Of a DNA stretch of 64,000 nucleotides, positions 29,051 to 39,127 are shown in pieces. The position numbers and the translations under genes are program-made. The first letter of the stretch is position 1. The number at the start of each line of letters is the position of its first letter. The stretch lies in the NCBI GenBank assembly GCA_041690395.1, contig JAWLHJ010000002.1, positions 292,707 through 356,706 on the forward strand. The letters run 5' to 3'. The notes beneath the pieces were generated by a model. The model did no database searches. It was not told the origin of the DNA and saw only the letters and a program-made list of their open reading frames with translations. Source of the DNA: Longimicrobiales bacterium (GTDB lineage Bacteria; Gemmatimonadota; Gemmatimonadetes; Longimicrobiales; Gaopeijiaceae).

Positions 29051-30103
29051 ATGCTGTTCGATCATCCGGAGTTCGACGCGCACGAGCGCGTGCTCCACGT
29101 CACTGACGCGCCGTCGGGCCTGAAGGCCATCATCGCCATCCACCGGGGACGCGGCGGAATGGCCGCGGGCGGCGTGCGCTTCCGCCCCTACCCCTCCGAG
29201 GCCGACGCGCTCACCGACGTGCTCAGGCTCTCGAAGGCGATGACGTACAAGAACGTGCTGGCCGACCTCCCCCTCGGCGGGGCGAAGAGCGTCATCTTGG
29301 GCGACCCGGCGATGGACAAGAGCGACGAGCTCCTGCGTGCGTTCGGCCGCGTCGTCGAGAGCCTCGGCGGAGCCTACATGTGCGGCCCGGACATCGGCAC
29401 GACCGCCGACGACATGGACGTCATCGCGGAGGAGACCGAGCACGTCGGCGCCACCAACCGGCAGATGGGAAGCTCCGGTCCGCCCACCGCGCTCGGTGTC
29501 TTCCATGGCATACGGGCGGTTGCCGAGCACGTGCTGGGCGACCCGGACCTCACCGGCGTGCACGTCGCCGTTCAGGGCGCGGGCGCGGTCGGGAGCGACC
29601 TGGCGGTCCACCTCGCGAAGGCGGGCGCACGGGTGACCATCGCGGACATCCGCGGCGACGCGGCCCTCGCCGCGAAGGCGCGCGCCGAGGAGGTCCGAGG
29701 GACGGCACGCGTCGACGTGATCACTCCCGAGGAGATCCTCTTCCTCGACGCGGATATTCTCTCGCCCTGCGCCCTCGGCGCGGTGCTGACCCGAGAGACG
29801 ATCCCCCGCCTACGCGTGAAAGGGATCTGCGGGGGAGCCAACAACCAGCTCGCCACCGGAGCCGACGGCGAGCGCCTCCGGGCGCGCGGCATCGCGCTGG
29901 TGCCCGATTTCGTGGCGAGCGCGGGCGGCGTGATCGCGGGGACCGCGGCGGCCGGGCTGTACCCTCGGGACGAGATGCGGGGGAAGCTCGACGGCATCCG
30001 GGACCGGGCGCTCGCGATCCTGCGGCGTGCGGACGCGGAGGGGCGGACCCCGCACGAGGTGGCAGGGGAGATGGCCGAAGAGCTGCTCGTCGCGGGGTCC
30101 TGA
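29051..30103 (+). CDS. Glu/Leu/Phe/Val dehydrogenase (leucine dehydrogenase-like)
   Basis: GGVRF, MTYKN, GGAKSVI, GPDIGT, VQGAGAVG, GGANNQL. Confidence 0.9.
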   Translation: MLFDHPEFDAHERVLHVTDAPSGLKAIIAIHRGRGGMAAGGVRFRPYPSEADALTDVLRLSKAMTYKNVLADLPLGGAKSVILGDPAMDKSDELLRAFGRVVESLGGAYMCGPDIGTTADDMDVIAEETEHVGATNRQMGSSGPPTALGVFHGIRAVAEHVLGDPDLTGVHVAVQGAGAVGSDLAVHLAKAGARVTIADIRGDAALAAKARAEEVRGTARVDVITPEEILFLDADILSPCALGAVLTRETIPRLRVKGICGGANNQLATGADGERLRARGIALVPDFVASAGGVIAGTAAAGLYPRDEMRGKLDGIRDRALAILRRADAEGRTPHEVAGEMAEELLVAGS

Positions 30104-30123
30104 ACGCGCGCGGCTCGCTCGGG

Positions 30124-30828
30124 TTACCGTCGGCGCGCGTCCCTGAGGTCTTCCCGCAGCTCGTCCGTGATCACCCTGCCGGAAAAGTCCGCGAGCGACT
30201 CCAGGGCCGAGACGATCTCTTCGACCGTCAGATCCGAGAGCGTCGCCGCGGTGACCACGTCCCTCACGGCTCGGCCCGGACCGAAGACGGCCGACCCGAT
30301 CCGCTCGGTGGCATCGATCTCCTTCCGCCAGATCTCCTCGCCGGTGGGGGCGTAGAGTAAGGTCGCGTCAGCCTCGATGTAGAAGTGGGCGGCCGCGTTC
30401 CAGCTCTCGGCGTCGATGCCGTACTCGACCACGATGAGCTCGAGCAGGAAATCCGGCTCCTCGTCGCGACCGACCGCGTGGGCACCGAGGTACCGCGCCA
30501 CCCGCTCGAGCGTGTTGCCCTCGAGCACGTGGCCGACGTCGATCCGCGTCGCGGCCGACTCGAGACGCTCCCGCAGCCGTCGGGACTCGACCTCCCGGTA
30601 GACCCGGGCGCCGGCGCGCAGCACATCGCGGACCGGGTCACCCGTGATGCCGCCCACGAAGTACGGCCCGGTGAGCACGTCGGCCCGCCTCGGGATCTCC
30701 GAAACGACGCTGACGGTCCGGTCGCGGAAGTCGTACTCGCCGAGCCGGTGTGAAGGGCCGCAGGCGACCGTCCCCAGGAGGGCGGACAGCGTGACGGCAT
30801 GCAGCAGGGCACGGGTATGGGGTCGCAT
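30124..30828 (-). CDS. Hypothetical lipoprotein
   Basis: MRPHTRALLHAVTLSALLGTVAC lipoprotein signal from ATG 30828; globular composition. Confidence 0.7.
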   Translation of the reverse strand: MRPHTRALLHAVTLSALLGTVACGPSHRLGEYDFRDRTVSVVSEIPRRADVLTGPYFVGGITGDPVRDVLRAGARVYREVESRRLRERLESAATRIDVGHVLEGNTLERVARYLGAHAVGRDEEPDFLLELIVVEYGIDAESWNAAAHFYIEADATLLYAPTGEEIWRKEIDATERIGSAVFGPGRAVRDVVTAATLSDLTVEEIVSALESLADFSGRVITDELREDLRDARRR

Positions 30829-30955
30829 CGCTCGCTCGTAGGCCGGGGCAGATCGAGGAAAAGGGCTTCTCGGGACGGATGGATTACCCGCCGCGGCAAC
30901 GACGGTTGCCCCGGCGCCCCCTCCCGCTCGGGCGCTCGAATGCCGAGCTTCATTC

Positions 30956-31756
30956 ATGGCCAACTCGACTCGCACGCCCCCGACCCGCACCATGTCTCGC
31001 GCCCTCGCGTCGAGCGCCCTCACCCTGGCGCTCGTCCTGTTTCCTTGGCCCTCCGGCGTTGAAGCTCAGACTTCGCCCACCTGGCGGTTCGAGCTCGAAG
31101 GCGGCCCGGTCTGGCAGAGCTACAACGACGTCGAGATCCCCAACGACGGCACGGCCACCCGCTTCTCGCTCCGCGACCTGGCCGGCTCGGGCCCGTGGGC
31201 CGCGGGACGACTCTACGTCACCTGGAACGCGAGCGGGCGGCACAGCCTTCGCGCCCTCGCCGCACCGCTCACCATTCGGGCGACCGGCGTGCCGGCCACC
31301 CCCGTCGATTTCGAGGGAGAGCGCTACGCCGCCGGCCAGCCGACCGAGGCGACCTACACCTTCGATTCGTACCGGCTGAGCTACCGGTACCGGTTCCACG
31401 AGGGAGACGCTACGACGGCGTGGGTGGGCTTCACCGCCAAGATCCGCGACGCGGTCACAGGGCTCGAACAGGGGCCGGTGTCGAGCCGGAAGACGAACGT
31501 CGGCTTCGTGCCGCTGCTCCACCTCGCGGGAGATTGGCGAATCGCTCCGCGGTGGACGGCGAGCCTCGACATCGACGCGCTGGCGGGCGGACCGGGACGG
31601 GCGGAGGACGCCGCGCTCGAGCTCGGCTACGACGTGAGCGACGCATGGACGCTGCAGGCGGGGTACCGCATGGTCGAAGGGGGCGCCGACGTGGACGAGG
31701 TCTATGCGTTCGCCTGGCTCCATTACGGCATCGTGTCGGTGGTCTGGCGGCCGTAG
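30956..31756 (+). CDS. Putative outer-membrane beta-barrel protein
   Basis: Signal peptide, alternating aromatic strands (YRLSYRYRF, AGYRMVEGG), aromatic-rich C-terminus. Start could be 30992. Confidence 0.65.
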   Translation: MANSTRTPPTRTMSRALASSALTLALVLFPWPSGVEAQTSPTWRFELEGGPVWQSYNDVEIPNDGTATRFSLRDLAGSGPWAAGRLYVTWNASGRHSLRALAAPLTIRATGVPATPVDFEGERYAAGQPTEATYTFDSYRLSYRYRFHEGDATTAWVGFTAKIRDAVTGLEQGPVSSRKTNVGFVPLLHLAGDWRIAPRWTASLDIDALAGGPGRAEDAALELGYDVSDAWTLQAGYRMVEGGADVDEVYAFAWLHYGIVSVVWRP

Positions 31757-31768
31757 CCGCGCGCGCTT

Positions 31769-31800
31769 TTGACAACCGGCCCCGGACGCCGGACTATGGT
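31769..31800 (+). promoter_or_regulatory. Possible sigma70 promoter
   Basis: Perfect TTGACA at 31769-31774; weak -10 (GACTAT at 17 bp or TATGGT at 20 bp). Confidence 0.35.
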
Positions 31801-31830
31801 GACGACCCCTGACCACTCCAGAGGGACACG

Positions 31831-32052
31831 ATGTCATCGAAGAAAGATCTGCGCCGTAAGCGTCGGGAGCAGGAACGCGAGGCGAAGCAGTCGCGTGGGA
31901 GTCTCAACCCTGCCTGGAAGTTCATCATCGGCATCGCGCTGACCCTGGCGCTCATCGCCGGGGGATACATGGTCCTGGGCGGGGGAGGCGGCCCGGGTGA
32001 GCCGCCCTGGCCGGGCGCGGTCTGGTCGTCCGCGCACGGGCATTGGCACTGA
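31831..32052 (+). CDS. Small single-pass membrane protein with C-terminal VWSxxHGHWH motif
   Basis: GAGGGA RBS; basic N-terminus, one TM helix, Gly linker, PPWPGAVWSSAHGHWH. Confidence 0.75.
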   Translation: MSSKKDLRRKRREQEREAKQSRGSLNPAWKFIIGIALTLALIAGGYMVLGGGGGPGEPPWPGAVWSSAHGHWH

Positions 32053-32089
32053 CGCCCGGCGTCCATCTCCTCACACCACGGAGCAGTCC

Positions 32090-32443
32090 ATGAACCTCCT
32101 CCTCTCCTGGGCCATCCTCTCGCTCGCCATGTGGGTGACGGCCCAGATCCTCCCCGGTTTCCATCTGAAGTCCCTCGGGAGCGCCTTCGTGGTGGCCGCC
32201 ATCTTCGGCATCCTGAACTTCTTCCTGGGGTGGCTCTTCTTCGTCGTCTTCGCCATCGGGACCCTCGGGATCGCGGTGCTGCTCGCCTTCATCACGCGCG
32301 TCATCATCAACGCCATCCTGCTCAAGATCACCGATGCGGTCAGCGACGCGCTGAAGATCGACAGCTTCGGGTGGGCGCTCGGCGGGGCGCTCATGATGTC
32401 GGTCATCGGGACGTTGGGTGAATGGCTCGTGCGGGGGCTCTGA
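32090..32443 (+). CDS. YvlD-like 4-TM membrane protein ('phage holin family IV')
   Basis: GGAG RBS; four hydrophobic segments, TLG...INAILL, IDSFGWAL pattern. Confidence 0.8.
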   Translation: MNLLLSWAILSLAMWVTAQILPGFHLKSLGSAFVVAAIFGILNFFLGWLFFVVFAIGTLGIAVLLAFITRVIINAILLKITDAVSDALKIDSFGWALGGALMMSVIGTLGEWLVRGL

Positions 32444-32550
32444 ACCGACCGGGCGAGCCGGCGTTCGGGCCGTGTCGATTTCGGCCCCTCCCGATCGACT
32501 GACTGGGTGAAGCACCCGAACATCAGCCACCCAGATCCATCGGAGGACCC

Positions 32551-34977
32551 GTGCGGTACGCGCTTCGCTCGCTCTCCCGGTCGCCGGGATTCGCCGCGCT
32601 CGTCGTGGTCACGCTCGCGCTCGGCATCGGCGCCAACACGGCCGTATTCAGCGTGCTTCGCGGCGTCCTGCTCCGCCCCCTGCCCCACGAGGACGGGGAG
32701 CGGCTCATGTACCTCCGCCAGTCGGCCGAGCTAGCCGGGCTCGACAATGCGCTGTTCAGCGTGCCGGAGATCGTCGACTACCGGGAGGCTGCGACCACGC
32801 TGACCGGCTTCGCCGAGTTCTCCGCGATGCCGTTCAACATGCTCGGCGGGGAGCGGCCGGTGGAGGTCCAGGCGGGCATCGTGACCGGCAACTACTTCGA
32901 GGTCATGGGGCTCGACGCGGTGCTCGGCCGGGCGCTCAACGCCGGTGACGACGGCCCGGCCGCCGATCCGGTCATGATGCTCACCTGGGACTACTGGCAC
33001 TCCGCGTTCGGGGGAGATCCAAGGGTGATCGGTCAGGTGCTCCGCATCAACGGTCGGTCCGCTGCGATCGTGGGTGTGGCCGAGCCCGCCCCGCCCTTCC
33101 CCGGCGAGATAGACATCCTCGTGAACATGGTCACGAGCCCGCACCACCTCGACGCGACCATGGTGCACGGCCGGAGCCACCGGATGACCGAGGTCTTCGC
33201 CCGGCTGGCCCCCGGAGCGAGCCTCGAGCAGGCACGCTCGGAGCTCGACGCCCTCACGGAGCGGGTCCACGGAGACCACCCCGACGCCTACGACCCGGCG
33301 GCGGGATACCGGATCTCCATCACCCCCCTCCAGGAGGCGCTCACGGCCGAGGCTCGCCAGACGCTCATCCTCCTCATGGCGACCGCTGCGCTCGTGCTGC
33401 TCATCACCTGCGCGAACGTCGGCAACCTGGTGCTCGGGCGCTTCCTGGAGCGTGAGCGCGAGATCATGATGCGATGGGCGCTCGGAGCCGGTCGCGCGCG
33501 GCTCCGCTGGCTCATGCTGGGCGAGACCGCCGTGCTGGCCCTGGCCGGCGCGGGGCTCGGCCTCCTGCTCGCGTACGGCGGCCTCGACCTCCTGGTGCGC
33601 TTCGCGGAGCGCTTCACCCCGAGGGCGAGCGAGATCTCCATCGACGGGGGCGTCCTCCTGTTCACGTTGATCGTGGCCGCCGGCTCCGCCGTCGTCTTCG
33701 CGCTCATGCCCACCCTCCGATCGCCCGAAGGCGCGGGGATGTCCCTCCTTCGTACAGGGACGCGGGCATCGGGCTCCGGCCAGCGCATGCAGCGGGGGCT
33801 GATCGTCGCGCAGGTGGCCGCCGCCTTCACGATCCTCGCGGCAGGAGGACTCCTCGGCCGTACCCTCGTCAGCCTGAACGCGGTGGAGACCGGCGTCGAC
33901 ACATCGAACACCCTCACGCTGGAGGTGCCGGCCGAGCAGGATGGCCGCTCCGCCGACGAGACACTCCGTCTACAGGAGGAGATGCGCGCGCGCATCGCGG
34001 GGCTACCGGGCGTGCAGGCGGTCGGCGTCGGCATGAACGTGCCGCTCCGCGGGTCGGGGATCATGCTCGAGATCCGAGCCGAGGGACGCCCCCCCGAGCC
34101 GGGACAGCCGGCGCCGATGGCGGAGTATCGTGCGGCCACGCCCGACTACTTCGACGCCGCCGGCATGCGCGTGCTGTCGGGGCGCGGCTTCGAGGACACG
34201 GACGTGAGCGACGGTGCCCCCGTGGCGATCCTCAACGAGTCCCTCTCCCGTCGGCTCTTCGGGGACGACGATCCGATCGGGCAGCGTGTGGCGTGGACGG
34301 GCGACGTGCTCCAGTTCATCGGGATGTCCGGGGGATGGATGACGGTCGTGGGCGTGGTCAACGACACGCGCGACCGGGGCCCCGACGAGGCCCCTCCCCC
34401 CGCGCTCTACCACCCGTTGACGCAGAACGAGCTCGGCTTTTTCCCCGGTGCGTTCGTGGTGCGGGGAGCGCAGGCCGCGTCCCTCGCGCCGGCCGCCGAG
34501 CGGATCGTGCGCGAGCTGGCTCCGGACAACCCGGTCGAGCGGGTGGCCACCCTCGAGCAGATCCGCGAAGAGACGGTCGCCTCGCAGCGTCTGAACGCTT
34601 ACCTGGTCGGCATCTTCGGGCTGCTGGCGCTGGTGGTCGCGGCGGTCGGCATCGCGGGGGTCCTCGCCTTCTTCGTCGCGCAAAGGACGACGGAGATCGG
34701 CATCCGCATGAGTCTCGGCGCCGGACGGAGGCGCGTGCTCCGCATGGTGCTTTCCGACGGGGGGCGCCTGCTCGCCTGGGGCGTGGGTCTGGGCGTGGTT
34801 CTGTCGCTCGGTGCGGCGCGCCTCCTGGACGGCCTCCTGTTCGGGGTCTCCCCGAGCGACCCGTACACCATGATGCTCGTCACCCTCGTCATGGTGGGCG
34901 TCGGGCTCGCCGCCTGCGCGGTCCCGGCACGGCGGGCGGCCAGCGTCGATCCGCTGGTGGCCATGCGCGAGGAGTGA
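32551..34977 (+). CDS. Duplicated MacB/FtsX-type orphan permease (ADOP-like) without N-terminal prefix
   Basis: Starts directly at MRYALRSL (GTG after GGAGG); LALGIGANTAVFS, TCANVGNL, EIGIRMSLGA, VPARRAASVDP. Confidence 0.9.
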   Translation: MRYALRSLSRSPGFAALVVVTLALGIGANTAVFSVLRGVLLRPLPHEDGERLMYLRQSAELAGLDNALFSVPEIVDYREAATTLTGFAEFSAMPFNMLGGERPVEVQAGIVTGNYFEVMGLDAVLGRALNAGDDGPAADPVMMLTWDYWHSAFGGDPRVIGQVLRINGRSAAIVGVAEPAPPFPGEIDILVNMVTSPHHLDATMVHGRSHRMTEVFARLAPGASLEQARSELDALTERVHGDHPDAYDPAAGYRISITPLQEALTAEARQTLILLMATAALVLLITCANVGNLVLGRFLEREREIMMRWALGAGRARLRWLMLGETAVLALAGAGLGLLLAYGGLDLLVRFAERFTPRASEISIDGGVLLFTLIVAAGSAVVFALMPTLRSPEGAGMSLLRTGTRASGSGQRMQRGLIVAQVAAAFTILAAGGLLGRTLVSLNAVETGVDTSNTLTLEVPAEQDGRSADETLRLQEEMRARIAGLPGVQAVGVGMNVPLRGSGIMLEIRAEGRPPEPGQPAPMAEYRAATPDYFDAAGMRVLSGRGFEDTDVSDGAPVAILNESLSRRLFGDDDPIGQRVAWTGDVLQFIGMSGGWMTVVGVVNDTRDRGPDEAPPPALYHPLTQNELGFFPGAFVVRGAQAASLAPAAERIVRELAPDNPVERVATLEQIREETVASQRLNAYLVGIFGLLALVVAAVGIAGVLAFFVAQRTTEIGIRMSLGAGRRRVLRMVLSDGGRLLAWGVGLGVVLSLGAARLLDGLLFGVSPSDPYTMMLVTLVMVGVGLAACAVPARRAASVDPLVAMREE

Positions 34978-35020
34978 CCGTGCGCGATCGCAACGCACTC
35001 TCGAACCCGATGAGGCACCG

Positions 35021-35401
35021 ATGAAGTATCTCCTGCTGGTATACGCCAACGAACCCGACCTCGCGGACGTCGAGGACGCCCATTGCGTCGCCTTCGACTC
35101 GGAGATCCGCGAGAGCGGACACTGCCTGACGTCCGAAGCGCTCGAGCCCGTCGCCACCGCGACCACCGTGCGCGTGCGTGACGGGCGGACGTCGGTCGTC
35201 GACGGCCCGTTCGCCGAGACCAAGGAACAGCTCGCGGGCTTCTACATGGTGGAGGCGCGCGACCTGAACGAGGCCATCCGTATCGCATCGCGGATCCCAC
35301 CCGCGCGGGTCGGCAGCGTGGAGGTTCGCCCCATCCGGCCCATCCGCGAGGACGTGGCGCGGGCCGCTCGGGAGGCGGGATCGGCCACCCGATCGGCGTG
35401 A
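35021..35401 (+). CDS. YciI/DGPF-domain protein
   Basis: VVDGPFAETKEQLAGFY and VEVRPI motifs. Confidence 0.9.
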   Translation: MKYLLLVYANEPDLADVEDAHCVAFDSEIRESGHCLTSEALEPVATATTVRVRDGRTSVVDGPFAETKEQLAGFYMVEARDLNEAIRIASRIPPARVGSVEVRPIRPIREDVARAAREAGSATRSA

Positions 35402-35447
35402 TCGGCCAGCGAATCGGCGCGCCGGATCAGCGCGCCATGCCCCTCCG

Positions 35448-36737
35448 GTGACGTCCGGCGGCTCAGGGGAAGCGCGCGGCGCCGTCGACGAAGTCTATCG
35501 GTCGGAATCCCGCCGGATCCTCGCGACGCTGATCCGCCTCCTCGGCGACTTCGACCTCGCCGAGGAGGCGATGCACGATGCGTTCACAGCAGCCGTGGAG
35601 CAGTGGCCGCGAGACGGGGTGCCGCGCAATCCGAGGGCATGGCTTGTCTCTACCGCGCGCTTCAAGGGGATCGACAAGGTCCGTCGCCGGTCGCGCCACG
35701 ACCGTTCGCTGGAGGCCATCGCGGTGGAGCTCGACCGCGTCACCGAGCCCGCATGGACCGGAGACGACCTGGAGGACGACCGTCTACGCCTGGTGTTCAC
35801 CTGTTGTCATCCGGCCATCGCGGAGGAGGCGCGCATCGCCCTCACCCTGCGCGAGGTCTGCGGCCTCACCACCGAGGAGATCGCGCGCGCCTTCCTGACC
35901 GCCACGCCGACGCTGGCCCAGCGCATCGTACGCGCGAAGGCCAAGATCCGGGACGCCCGCATCCCCTACGAGATCCCCGAGCGGAACGAGCTCTCCGATC
36001 GCCTCGACGCCGTCCTCCGGGTCGTGTACCTGGTGTTCAACGAGGGATACTCGGCCTCGTCGGGCGAGACGCTCACCCGGCCCGACCTCTCCGGCGAAGC
36101 CATCCGTCTGGGGCGCCTGCTGGTGGAGCTCCTCCCCGAGCCCGAGACGATGGGGCTCCTGGCGCTCATGTTGCTGCACGAAGCGCGTCGCCGCGCCCGG
36201 ACGACGGAGGCGGGCGACATCGTCCTGCTGGAGGATCAGGACCGCTCGCTCTGGGACCGGGACGCGATCGCCGAAGGCACGGAGCTGGTGGAGCGCGCCC
36301 TACGTGGCCGCCGGTTCGGCCCCTACGCGTTGCAGGCGGCGATCGTGGCCGTACACGCGGAGGCGCCTACCGCCGAGGCGACGGATTGGCCCCAGATCGT
36401 CGCCCTCTACGACGTGCTTCGGCGCATGGACCCCTCACCGGTGGTGGAGCTGAACCGCGCCGTGGCGCTGGCCATGCGGGACGGTCCCGAAGTGGGGCTG
36501 GACGTCGTCGAGGAGCTCCTGCGGGGCGGCGACCTCGATGGCTATCAGCCGGCGCATGCCGCCCGCGCGGAGCTCGCGCGGAGGGCCGGCAGATCGGACG
36601 ACGCACGGGATGCGTACCGGCGAGCCATCGAGCTCAGTCGGCTGGAGCCGGAGCGTCGGCTGCTCGAGCGGCGGATGGAGGAGCTCGAGCAGCCGGACCC
36701 GACCGAGGCCAGGCGCCGGATGGACGCTACGGGCTGA
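35448..36737 (+). CDS. ECF sigma factor with C-terminal TPR extension (ECF42-like)
   Basis: DFDLAEEA, DDRLRLVFTCCHPA, VYLVFNEGY, LEDQDRSLWD, GPYALQAAI; directly after a DGPF gene, the known ECF42 context. Confidence 0.9.
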   Translation: MTSGGSGEARGAVDEVYRSESRRILATLIRLLGDFDLAEEAMHDAFTAAVEQWPRDGVPRNPRAWLVSTARFKGIDKVRRRSRHDRSLEAIAVELDRVTEPAWTGDDLEDDRLRLVFTCCHPAIAEEARIALTLREVCGLTTEEIARAFLTATPTLAQRIVRAKAKIRDARIPYEIPERNELSDRLDAVLRVVYLVFNEGYSASSGETLTRPDLSGEAIRLGRLLVELLPEPETMGLLALMLLHEARRRARTTEAGDIVLLEDQDRSLWDRDAIAEGTELVERALRGRRFGPYALQAAIVAVHAEAPTAEATDWPQIVALYDVLRRMDPSPVVELNRAVALAMRDGPEVGLDVVEELLRGGDLDGYQPAHAARAELARRAGRSDDARDAYRRAIELSRLEPERRLLERRMEELEQPDPTEARRRMDATG

Positions 36738-38466
36738 CTCCGGACCCTTCGCCGAGCCGCGCTTCGGCCCGCTCGCGCAGCCGCTTCTTGAGCCGGTCGA
36801 TCTCGGCCCCTGTCCATCCCTGCGGATCCGTCACGGCCCGCCACGCGTGGACGTAGTGCTCCGGAGCGTAGGCGTGGCCGTATCCCAGCGGCGACTGGTC
36901 CGCGGCCATCATGTCCACGGCCAGCTGGAGCATCGTCACCACGGGATACCACCTGAGCTCCGGCGATACGTCCGGACCGCGAGGTCCGCTCATCCACTCG
37001 GGCTCCCGGTAGAGTGCCTGCTGCTCGAAGAAGGTGATGGGATCGCTCGCGTACTGGAGATAGGCGATGCGAACCGCACCCCAATGTGCGCCAGGTATCG
37101 CGAGCGCCTCCTCCTGATTGGTGAAGCGGACGACGGAGCCGTCCCGGAAGCGCGGCAGCCACGCGGGTGAGCCGGGCTCCCGCTCGTCCGTCCGCGAGCG
37201 CCAGGTCGTGCTCCGGAACGGTGGACCACTCCAGAGCGCGCCCGAGAATGGGTCGGAGATGAAGTCGTAGAAGTCCGCGGAGCGCTCGGAGTTGAGCGCG
37301 CCGAGACTCAAGCCGTGCAGGTAGAGCTCGGGGCGCCGGTCGTTGGGGAGCTCCGTCCAATATCCGTAGATCTCCGAGAAGACCGCCCTCGCCGTCTCGA
37401 CCCCGTACTCCGCCTCCGCCAGGAGAGACAGCCAGCTCGGCAGGTATGAGTACTGGACCGCCACCGTCGCGACGTCGCCCCCGTGCAGATACTCGAGCGC
37501 GTCCATGGCGCTCGGATCGATCCAGCCCGTTCCCGTCGGAGTAGCGATGACGAGGACCGACCGGTCGAAGGCGTCCACCCGCCGGAGCTCGTCGAGAGCC
37601 AGGCGGGCCCGCGCTTCGATCGACTCGGCCGAGTTGAGCCCGACGTATACACGAATCGGGGTGCGCACCTCCGCCTGGAGCGTGTCGGGGACGGAAGCAC
37701 TCAGCTCCCGTGCGTCGCCACCCATCGACACGAACTCCCTGCCCCGACGCCCCAGGTCGTCCCAGGCGATCAACGACGCAGCGCTGCCGGTGCGGGACGG
37801 GGCCTCCGGCGGATCCACGTCCTGATCGATCAGGGCATCGAGCTGCTGAAAGGACGCATCCAATCCGCGGATGAAGCGCTCGAAGAAGACGCCGTTGACG
37901 ACCGACCAGAAGAGCAGGACGGCGAGAAGGCCGCCCGCCATGTTCGCGACGCGCCTGGGCAGAAAGCGGTCCAGGCGCCGTTGGATGATCCGGAACGTGA
38001 GCCGGAACAGCCGACCGAACCCGAGCAGCGCGACGCCCACGACCGTCGCGATCGCGCCGACCCGGAACGGATGCGCGCTGTCCACCGGCTCGAGCTCCAT
38101 GAGACCGTGGATGGAGTTCTGCCACTCAGCCGCCGTGCGAAGGAAGAGCAGCGCCGTCGCGATGCTGAAGGCGGCCGCCCCGAGCGTGACCACCCGTTGC
38201 GCCTTTGGTCGCGGAACCGGAAGCTCCAGGTATCCCCAGGCGGACCGTGCGAGCACGCCGAGTCCGTACCCCGCGGCGAGCGAGACACCCGAGAGCACAC
38301 CCTGCATGCCCCAGGTTCGGGGGAGCAGGCTGGGCGTCAGCGAGGCCGCGAAGAAGAGCGTCGCGAGGAGCAGCCCGGGCGTGGACAGCGTGGCGACGAA
38401 TCGGGCGGTCCAGTCGGACACGAGCGCGCGGACGCGATCCGCGGGCCCCCGGACGTGACGGATCAA
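36727..38466 (-). CDS. Membrane-anchored alpha/beta hydrolase (Abhydrolase_9-like)
   Basis: SLTPSLLPR N-domain, PIRVYVG, PTGTGW, QYSYLPSW, GLSLG nucleophile elbow, SDPI, GHAY. Start uncertain. Confidence 0.85.
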   Translation of the reverse strand: MIRHVRGPADRVRALVSDWTARFVATLSTPGLLLATLFFAASLTPSLLPRTWGMQGVLSGVSLAAGYGLGVLARSAWGYLELPVPRPKAQRVVTLGAAAFSIATALLFLRTAAEWQNSIHGLMELEPVDSAHPFRVGAIATVVGVALLGFGRLFRLTFRIIQRRLDRFLPRRVANMAGGLLAVLLFWSVVNGVFFERFIRGLDASFQQLDALIDQDVDPPEAPSRTGSAASLIAWDDLGRRGREFVSMGGDARELSASVPDTLQAEVRTPIRVYVGLNSAESIEARARLALDELRRVDAFDRSVLVIATPTGTGWIDPSAMDALEYLHGGDVATVAVQYSYLPSWLSLLAEAEYGVETARAVFSEIYGYWTELPNDRRPELYLHGLSLGALNSERSADFYDFISDPFSGALWSGPPFRSTTWRSRTDEREPGSPAWLPRFRDGSVVRFTNQEEALAIPGAHWGAVRIAYLQYASDPITFFEQQALYREPEWMSGPRGPDVSPELRWYPVVTMLQLAVDMMAADQSPLGYGHAYAPEHYVHAWRAVTDPQGWTGAEIDRLKKRLRERAEARLGEGSGVSP

Positions 38467-38575
38467 CGGAAGGTGCGGATCAGGCGAGCGGGTGGCAGGT
38501 CTGCATGGATGAAAGGTAGATTCCCACCGAGCCCGGCGACAAACCCGCGATCACCCTCACCCCGAGTGGCCGAGC

Positions 38576-39127
38576 GTGACCAACTTCCTGCTGCTTCTCG
38601 CCCTCGCGGCCCTGGCCTGGGTCGTGTTCTCCTTCAACCGCCTCGTTCGCCTGCGCAACCAGGTGCGATCGGCGTGGGCCGACATCGACGTCCAGCTCAC
38701 GCGCCGGCACGACCTCGTGCCGCAGCTCGTCACCGCCGTCAAGGCCTACGCCGGGCACGAGAGGGCGACCCTGGAAGCCGTCACGGAGCTGAGGGCACGT
38801 GCCGAGGCCGCCGAGGGCCCGGCACGTCTCGGGGAGGTGGAGTCGGAGCTGGAGCGAGCGATCTCCCGGCTCTTCGCTCTCCGCGAGGCGTACCCGGACC
38901 TGAAGGCCAGTGACAACTTCATGGAGCTGCAGCGCGACCTCGTCGACGTCGAGGACCATCTCCAGTTCGCCAGGAGGTTCTACAACGGAGCCGTGCGCGA
39001 CCTGAACACCGCGATCCAGCGCTTTCCGGATCTGGTCGTGGCCCGAGCCTTCCGGTTCCGCGAGGCCGAGTTCTTCCAGGCGAAAGACGAAGCGGGCACG
39101 GCGACGCGCGTGGATCTGGCGCCGTGA
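38576..39127 (+). CDS. lemA: LemA family protein
   Basis: AWADIDVQLTRRHDLVP, EAYPDLKA, ARRFYN. Confidence 0.92.
   Translation: MTNFLLLLALAALAWVVFSFNRLVRLRNQVRSAWADIDVQLTRRHDLVPQLVTAVKAYAGHERATLEAVTELRARAEAAEGPARLGEVESELERAISRLFALREAYPDLKASDNFMELQRDLVDVEDHLQFARRFYNGAVRDLNTAIQRFPDLVVARAFRFREAEFFQAKDEAGTATRVDLAP

Noticed and set aside
32090..32443. 'Phage holin' as evidence of a prophage
   Set aside because: YvlD-like proteins are common chromosomal membrane proteins, and no phage, integrase or lysin genes are nearby.
32542..32560. Possible frameshift (GAG GAC CC GTG CGG TAC) truncating an N-terminal prefix of the permease
   Set aside because: The upstream frames show no prefix-like sequence, there is little room after the preceding gene, and GGAGG+GTG gives a usable start.
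36727..36737. Short 3' overlaps of convergent genes (also 42902-42915)
   Set aside because: Overlaps of 11-14 bp are ordinary in compact GC-rich genomes.
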